Assembly: GCA_031420215.1 (NCBI GenBank)
Contig: JANOMH010000623.1
Span: forward strand, 1-38,470
Source: Rhodobacterales bacterium
GTDB taxonomy: Bacteria; Pseudomonadota; Alphaproteobacteria; Rhodobacterales; Rhodobacteraceae
DNA: 38,470 nt
Direction: 5' to 3'
Of this stretch, positions 33,469 through 38,470 are shown piece after piece. The notes beneath the pieces were generated by a model that saw only the letters and a list, made by a program, of their open reading frames with translations, did no database searches and was not told the origin of the DNA. How positions within the stretch are numbered: position 1 is the first letter of the stretch; each line of letters opens with the position of its first letter. The position numbers were made by a program, and so were the translations under genes.

Positions 33469-34339
33469 GGCGCACCACCTGGGGGCCGTCAAACAAGCAC
33501 AGGGTCCAGTTCCCGGTTTGCCGGAACCCGATCCCACGATAGGCCCGCGCCGCTGCTTCACTGGCCGAAAACAGCACGGCACGGACGACACCTTCGGCTT
33601 TTGCCTGCGCCAGATGCAGGGCCACCGCGCGGCGGCCATAGCCCTGATTGCGCAACTGCGGCGGCACATAAACCCCGCCGATCTGCACGATCCCCGGCAA
33701 GCGGGCGTTAAACCCGGTCATCGCCAGCGGAGTTTCGCCCCGCATCAGCGCGACATGCGACCCATTCACCAGATAGGTCGACAAGTCTTGCTCAGCCCGC
33801 TCGGCCGCTTGCAATGGACCTGCCCCCAAGGCCTCGATCTGATAGGCGGTCCTCCAGTCTAACACGGTTTGACGGGGGGCATCGGCCAAGGGCACGATCT
33901 GGTCCGCCCCATCCGGGATCCGAAGCTCTGCCAAATGCAGCGCCATAAAGGGTTCATCCCGGTTCAGGGTCGCAGGCGCATCCGCCAATCCTGCAACCAC
34001 CGCAAAGGCACGGGCTTGAAAAGCAGGGCCAATGATACCGATCAGCTCCAGCCCCGTCGTGGCAACAACCGCTTGCGTCCAATCATCCCCCCGAAACGAC
34101 GGGCATTGCGGCATGGCCATGCCTTCCTCGGTCACTGTCATGAGATCGGTGATCTGCCCCGCAACCCGGCGCAGCCAGCAGCGCAAAGCCCGCGGGTGGC
34201 CACCATCCATGCCGCAACTGGCAAGGTTCGACAGCGCAAACATCGAGGTGTCGCAATGAGCATTCAGAAACGCCGCAATGTCCGTTGCATCCTGTGCTGT
34301 GGCCCGGATCACCGCCAATCCCCCAGCGTGCTCTGCCAC
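33461..34339 (-). CDS. GNAT-family N-acetyltransferase (two-domain, about 290 aa)
   Basis: The C-terminal half carries the acetyl-CoA motif VYVPPQLRNQGYGRRAVALHLAQA...AARAYRGIGF. An alternative GTG start at 34312 would give a GTGA overlap with the rsmE stop. The ATG at 34339 overlaps rsmE by 31 nt. Confidence 0.75.
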   Translation of the reverse strand: MAEHAGGLAVIRATAQDATDIAAFLNAHCDTSMFALSNLASCGMDGGHPRALRCWLRRVAGQITDLMTVTEEGMAMPQCPSFRGDDWTQAVVATTGLELIGIIGPAFQARAFAVVAGLADAPATLNRDEPFMALHLAELRIPDGADQIVPLADAPRQTVLDWRTAYQIEALGAGPLQAAERAEQDLSTYLVNGSHVALMRGETPLAMTGFNARLPGIVQIGGVYVPPQLRNQGYGRRAVALHLAQAKAEGVVRAVLFSASEAAARAYRGIGFRQTGNWTLCLFDGPQVVRHG

Positions 34340-35031
34340 AATGTCAGCGCCGCCACTGCCGCCGTATCAGCGCGCAGAATGCGCGGCCCAAGGCTGACCG
34401 GATGGGCATAGTCCAGACCCTGCAACCGCTCGCGCTCGGCCGGGGAAAACCCACCTTCCGGACCAACCAGCACCGCCCATGGCCCCGCGAGGCTGCCCGC
34501 AAGGGCGGACGAGCCCCCCCGCAGCCCTTCATCACAAAACATGATCTGCCGCCCCGCTGGCCACTGATCGAGCAGGCGCGACAGCTTTACCACCTCGGTC
34601 ACCTGGGGCACAAAGGTAGCGCCACATTGCTCTGCCGCCTCAATCACATGCGCCCGAACCTTGTCACCGCGCAATCGCTCGGCATTGGTGAAATCGGTCT
34701 GCACCGGCACGATCCGGGCAACGCCCATCTCGACCGCCTTTTCGACCACGAAATCGGTGCGGGCCTTTTTCAACGGGGCAAAGCACAGCCACAGGTCCGG
34801 GGGCATGACCAAAGGCAGGGTCTGCGCCACCGCAGCCAACAGCCCGCCACGCTTGCCCACCTGCACAACCGCCGCGTCCCATTCGCCCTCAAGTCCATTA
34901 AACACAGACACAACCGCACCCAGGGTCAGCCGCATCACCCCGAAAAGGTAATGCGCCTGCGCCGGGTCCAAGGGAACGGTTTGCCCCGGACCCAAGGAAT
35001 GTTCTACATAAAGGCGGGTTTTCGTAGCCAT
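34309..35031 (-). CDS. rsmE: 16S rRNA (uracil1498-N3)-methyltransferase RsmE
   Basis: Begins MATKTRLYVEH and contains VEKAVEMGVARIVPV...VLVGPEGGFSPAE...LGPRILRADTAAVAAL. I chose the start at 35031; alternative in-frame ATGs lie at 35043 and 35094. Confidence 0.8.
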   Translation of the reverse strand: MATKTRLYVEHSLGPGQTVPLDPAQAHYLFGVMRLTLGAVVSVFNGLEGEWDAAVVQVGKRGGLLAAVAQTLPLVMPPDLWLCFAPLKKARTDFVVEKAVEMGVARIVPVQTDFTNAERLRGDKVRAHVIEAAEQCGATFVPQVTEVVKLSRLLDQWPAGRQIMFCDEGLRGGSSALAGSLAGPWAVLVGPEGGFSPAERERLQGLDYAHPVSLGPRILRADTAAVAALTLWQSTLGDWR

Positions 35032-35043
35032 GGGGCCAGACAT

Positions 35044-36021
35044 ATGACCGACAAGAGCGCTGCACCAGAGGCCACCCGATCTGGGACGGGCCAAGTTGCC
35101 GACGCGGTGCGCGACAACTGGGTGGACAGATTCGCCCCTGTGGCCACCCGACCCTATCTGCGGCTGTCACGGGCGGACCGGCCCATCGGCACATGGCTGC
35201 TGCTTTTGCCTTGCTGGTGGGGGCTGGCGCTGGCGATCCTCGGCGATGGGCAGCGCGGTCTGTCTGACCTCTGGATTGCGGCTGGCTGCGCCATCGGGGC
35301 CTTTTTGATGCGGGGGGCAGGGTGCACCTGGAACGATATCACCGACCGGGACATCGACGCACAGGTGGCGCGCACCCGCAGCAGGCCAATCCCGTCTGGG
35401 CAGGTCAGCGTCAGGGGCGCGCTGGTCTGGATGACCGCCCAAGCCCTTGTGGCCTTGGGCATTTTGCTGACCTTCAACTGGGCGGCCATCCTGCTTGGGA
35501 TCATCGCGCTGGTTCCGGTCTGCATCTATCCTTTTGCCAAACGGTTCACATGGTGGCCGCAGGTGTTTTTGGGGGTGGCATTCAATTGGGGGGCGCTGTT
35601 GGGCTGGACGGCGCATAGCGGGTCGCTGGGCTGGCCAGCGGTGATCTTGTACCTTGGCGGGATCAGCTGGACACTGTTTTATGACACGATCTATGCGCAT
35701 CAGGACACCACGGACGATGCGCTGATCGGGGTCAAATCCACCGCCCGGCTGTTCGGGCCAGCATCGCGCTTGTGGTTGCGGGGGTTCATGGCCGGAACCG
35801 TGTTGCTGACCGGGCTGGCGGTGCTGCTGGCCGGGCTGGACCGCAATGTGCTGGCCATGGTCGTGGCCCGTGGCGGGGCCGGGGCAAAGGGCAGGCATCT
35901 GGCCTGGCAGCTGCGGCAGTTTGACCCGGATAATCCGGCCAGCCTGCTGCGCCTGTTCCGGTCAAACCGGGATGCCGGGCTGATCCTCGCGCTGTTTTTC
36001 GCCACCGCCGGATGGCTGTGA
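35044..36021 (+). CDS. ubiA: 4-hydroxybenzoate polyprenyltransferase UbiA
   Basis: From the ATG at 35044 the product is 325 aa. Contains YLRLSRADRPIGTWLLLLPCWWG, the prenyltransferase motif WNDITDRDIDAQVARTRSRPIPSG, and YDTIYAHQD. The upstream 253 codons of the track ORF are antisense to rsmE. Confidence 0.85.
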   Translation: MTDKSAAPEATRSGTGQVADAVRDNWVDRFAPVATRPYLRLSRADRPIGTWLLLLPCWWGLALAILGDGQRGLSDLWIAAGCAIGAFLMRGAGCTWNDITDRDIDAQVARTRSRPIPSGQVSVRGALVWMTAQALVALGILLTFNWAAILLGIIALVPVCIYPFAKRFTWWPQVFLGVAFNWGALLGWTAHSGSLGWPAVILYLGGISWTLFYDTIYAHQDTTDDALIGVKSTARLFGPASRLWLRGFMAGTVLLTGLAVLLAGLDRNVLAMVVARGGAGAKGRHLAWQLRQFDPDNPASLLRLFRSNRDAGLILALFFATAGWL

Positions 36022-36083
36022 TTGAACCTTTGCGTTGCAAGCCGTACAGAGTGCAGGTTGTCATGATTGGGCGCTGGACCTGA

Positions 36084-38060
36084 ATGCGGATTTCTTCTGC
36101 CCTTGTAGGATTTGTGGCCTTTGTCATTGCCGGGATTATCTCGGTCTTTGCGGCCGGGGCTGCGGTATCGGTGGTTGAACATCGGTCTGTTGCGGCGGTG
36201 CAGGAATCCCTGATCGATCAAGGACATGACTGGGCCAGCGTGATCGGCGACGGGCTGCAGGTGATTATCGAAGGGCAGGCCCCGACCGAGGTTGTCCGCT
36301 TTCAGGCGATGTCGATCGCGGGCGGAATCGTCGATGCCAGCCGGGTGATCGACAATATGTCAGTCAAGGATACGGCGGGGGTCGCGGCCCCAACCTTTTC
36401 GGTCGAGATATTGCGCAATGACGCCGGTGTGTCGCTGATCGGGCTGATCCCGGCCAGTGCAGACCGGGCCGCGATCAACACCGATATTGCAGCCATTGCG
36501 GGCGGTTTGCCGGTCACCGATCTGCTCGATGTGGCAGATTACCCAATGCCGGACAGCTGGCGGCAATCGATGACCTATGCGTTGCGGGCGCTGGCGCAAT
36601 TGCCCCGCTCGAAAATCTCGGTCACCGCCGGGCATGTGACGATTCTGGCGATTTCCGACAGCGAGGCACAGCGCCGCAGGCTGGAAACCGACTTGTCACG
36701 CGCGGCCCCGGCCAATGTGCAGGTTGAACTGTCGATCACCGCTCCCCGGCCGGTGATCACGCCCTTTACGGTGCGATTCATCATTGATGACCGCGGCCCG
36801 CATTTCGATGCCTGTGCCGCCGATACGCCCGAATCGCAAACCCTCATCCTGTCTGCCGCCGTCGCCGCCGGGGTCGAAGGGCAAATCGCCTGCCCGCTGG
36901 GGCTGGGCGTGCCTTCGACCAGCTGGGGGTCAGCCGTGGCCCGGTCGATTGCGGCACTCAAAGAATTGGGCGAGGGCACCGTCACGTTTTCAGACGCCGA
37001 CATCACGCTGGTCGCCGCCGTCGGCACCGACCGGGCCGCCTTTGACCGGATTGCAGGAGAGCTGTCAAATAGCCTGCCCGATGTTTTTGCGCTGCAGGCA
37101 GTGTTGACCGAACCGCAGGATGCCCTGGAACAGGGGCCACCCGAATTCAGCGCCACGCTGTCTCCCGAGGGGGCGGTGCAAGTGCGGGGCCGGGTGCCAG
37201 ATGACCTGATCAACACGACGGTGGAAAACTACGCATTGGCGCAGTTCGGGCGCGATCATGTGACCATGGGCACACGCATCACCGATGGGTTGCCTGACGA
37301 CTGGACCGTCCGCATTCTGGCGGGGCTGGAGGCGTTGTCGATGCTGGAAAACGGCTCGGTTCTGGTGCAACCGGCGCTGGTCACGATCAGCGGCAAGACC
37401 GGTTCTACCGCGACCAGTGCGGCGATTTCCCGGCTGCTGATCGAAAAGCTTGGGCAGACCGCCGCATTCAAGATCGACGTGGTCTATGTCGAAGCGCTGG
37501 ATCCGGTGGCCGGCCTGCCCACGCCGCAGGAATGCGTGGCACAAATTGCGGTCGTGACCGACCAGCGCAAAGTCACCTTTGACCCCGGCTCTGCCACGCT
37601 ATCCGCCGAGGCGCAGCCGGTAGTTGATGACATTGCTGAAATTCTGAAACGCTGCCCCGATGTTTTGGTTCAGGTGGCGGGCTATACCGACAGCCAGGGC
37701 CGCGACCAGATGAACCTTGAGCTCAGCCAATCCCGCGCCGATTCCGTGCTGGCCGCACTGGCCAGCCGCCGCATCCCGGTGGCTGGATTCACCGCGATTG
37801 GCTTTGGCGAGGCCAATCCGATTGCCGACAACGGCACCGACACCGGGCGAGAGGCGAACCGCCGGATCGAATTCACCCTGATCCTGCCGGCAACCGACCC
37901 GGCGCTTGCTGTCAGTGATCCGACCCTGCCCGAACTGGCCCCGCCTGATGATGGGTCAGGCACTACCAATCCCGAAGGCACTGGTTATATTGCCCCATTA
38001 AACTCTATAGTCCCGGTCACACCCCGGTTGCGGCCCGAGACGGCTGCACCGGACCCATAG
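36084..38060 (+). CDS. OmpA-family protein with N-terminal TM anchor and long periplasmic region
   Basis: 658 aa. C-terminal OmpA_C domain (VTFDPGSATLSAEAQPVVDDIAEIL...VAGYTDSQGRDQMNLELSQSRADSV...EANRRIEF) is followed by a Pro-rich tail. Confidence 0.8.
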   Translation: MRISSALVGFVAFVIAGIISVFAAGAAVSVVEHRSVAAVQESLIDQGHDWASVIGDGLQVIIEGQAPTEVVRFQAMSIAGGIVDASRVIDNMSVKDTAGVAAPTFSVEILRNDAGVSLIGLIPASADRAAINTDIAAIAGGLPVTDLLDVADYPMPDSWRQSMTYALRALAQLPRSKISVTAGHVTILAISDSEAQRRRLETDLSRAAPANVQVELSITAPRPVITPFTVRFIIDDRGPHFDACAADTPESQTLILSAAVAAGVEGQIACPLGLGVPSTSWGSAVARSIAALKELGEGTVTFSDADITLVAAVGTDRAAFDRIAGELSNSLPDVFALQAVLTEPQDALEQGPPEFSATLSPEGAVQVRGRVPDDLINTTVENYALAQFGRDHVTMGTRITDGLPDDWTVRILAGLEALSMLENGSVLVQPALVTISGKTGSTATSAAISRLLIEKLGQTAAFKIDVVYVEALDPVAGLPTPQECVAQIAVVTDQRKVTFDPGSATLSAEAQPVVDDIAEILKRCPDVLVQVAGYTDSQGRDQMNLELSQSRADSVLAALASRRIPVAGFTAIGFGEANPIADNGTDTGREANRRIEFTLILPATDPALAVSDPTLPELAPPDDGSGTTNPEGTGYIAPLNSIVPVTPRLRPETAAPDP

Positions 38061-38079
38061 GCGCAAAGGGACCGCAGGC

Positions 38080-38406
38080 GTGAACCGAACCGAATTCATC
38101 ATCGCCACCGCGATCATCCTGTTCATCTCGTTCTGTCTGGGCTGGTTTGCCAACTGGCTGATCAACCGCTTTACCCGGGTGACCAAGGCCGATGTCGGCG
38201 AACTGGACAAGATGGCGCAGGCCCTGCACGAGGCCGAGGAAACCCGCGATCAGGCGATCATCTATCTGCAACAGCGCGAGGCCGAGATCTCCAATCAACT
38301 TAGCCAGACCGAGGCCGAACTGCGCGCCGCGATGGACGGTCTGCGCGATGCACGGCGCGAGGCGGAAGAAATGCGCAACCATCTGGAGCGGCAACAGGCG
38401 GGCTAG
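38080..38406 (+). CDS. hypothetical small TM/coiled-coil protein
   Basis: 108 aa with a GTG start. N-terminal TM helix (FIIATAIILFISFCLGWFANWLI) followed by a charged coiled coil. The SD is weak, so both the start and the reality of the gene are uncertain. Confidence 0.45.
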   Translation: MNRTEFIIATAIILFISFCLGWFANWLINRFTRVTKADVGELDKMAQALHEAEETRDQAIIYLQQREAEISNQLSQTEAELRAAMDGLRDARREAEEMRNHLERQQAG

Positions 38407-38470
38407 GGGTTTGATCCATTCGCCCCTTCCCACCTGGGATTACAACAATCTGGACAATCAGCCCAATGCC

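Noticed and set aside
34285-35043. N-terminal 253 codons of the 578-aa ORF containing ubiA
   Set aside because: This part is antisense to rsmE and is Arg/Pro/His/Gln-rich. UbiA homology begins only after the ATG at 35044. The long ORF is an artefact of an open antisense frame.
35167-35898. 243-aa minus-strand ORF antisense to ubiA
   Set aside because: UbiA motifs are clear on the plus strand. The antisense product is a Pro/Gln/Arg/Gly-rich shadow ORF.
1-38470. Search for CRISPR arrays, tRNA/rRNA genes, IS elements, integrases, phage or toxin-antitoxin modules, and defence-system hallmarks
   Set aside because: I found no regularly spaced direct repeats and no cloverleaf-like conserved tRNA elements in the short intergenic regions. 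I also found no transposase, integrase, nuclease or ATPase-type defence proteins among the translated ORFs. The non-flagellar part is ordinary housekeeping.

Overview
GC-rich chromosomal segment that looks alphaproteobacterial, probably Rhodobacterales/roseobacter-like. This is judged from protein sequences and gene order only; no searches were run. Bases ~1087-26588 hold an apparently intact alpha-type flagellar super-cluster in alternating blocks. (i) motB, then flgE-flgK-flgL-flgI (+). (ii) fliF-fliH-fliN-fliP (-). (iii) fliL-orf119-motE-like, motA-orf810, and slt-flhA-fliR-flhB-orf130 (+). (iv) flgB-flgC-fliE-fliQ-flgF-flgG-flgA-flgH-fliL-like (-). (v) fliI (+). Many junctions are 4-nt ATGA/GTGA overlaps, implying translational coupling. 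A DUF6165-like/FkbM-methyltransferase pair lies at the left edge. To the right are housekeeping genes: pyrB, an unannotated micro-ORF, a degenerate dihydroorotase-like pyrC' and plsY, then a small membrane protein and gshA. These are followed by a vWA lipoprotein, an rsmE-GNAT-2TM operon, ubiA head-to-head with rsmE, an OmpA-family protein and a small TM/coiled-coil protein. I recognised no rRNA, tRNA, CRISPR array, IS element, integrase or phage genes. I do not see a self-contained novel system such as a defence island. The most interesting unexplained items are: an 810-aa secreted acidic protein coupled to motA; small uncharacterised coiled-coil genes coupled to fliL and flhB (one may be a cryptic FliJ); a 34-codon membrane micro-ORF filling the pyrB-pyrC' gap; the probably non-catalytic PyrC'; and a three-gene block between gshA and rsmE. 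All functional calls come from reading the supplied translations and need profile or structure searches to confirm.
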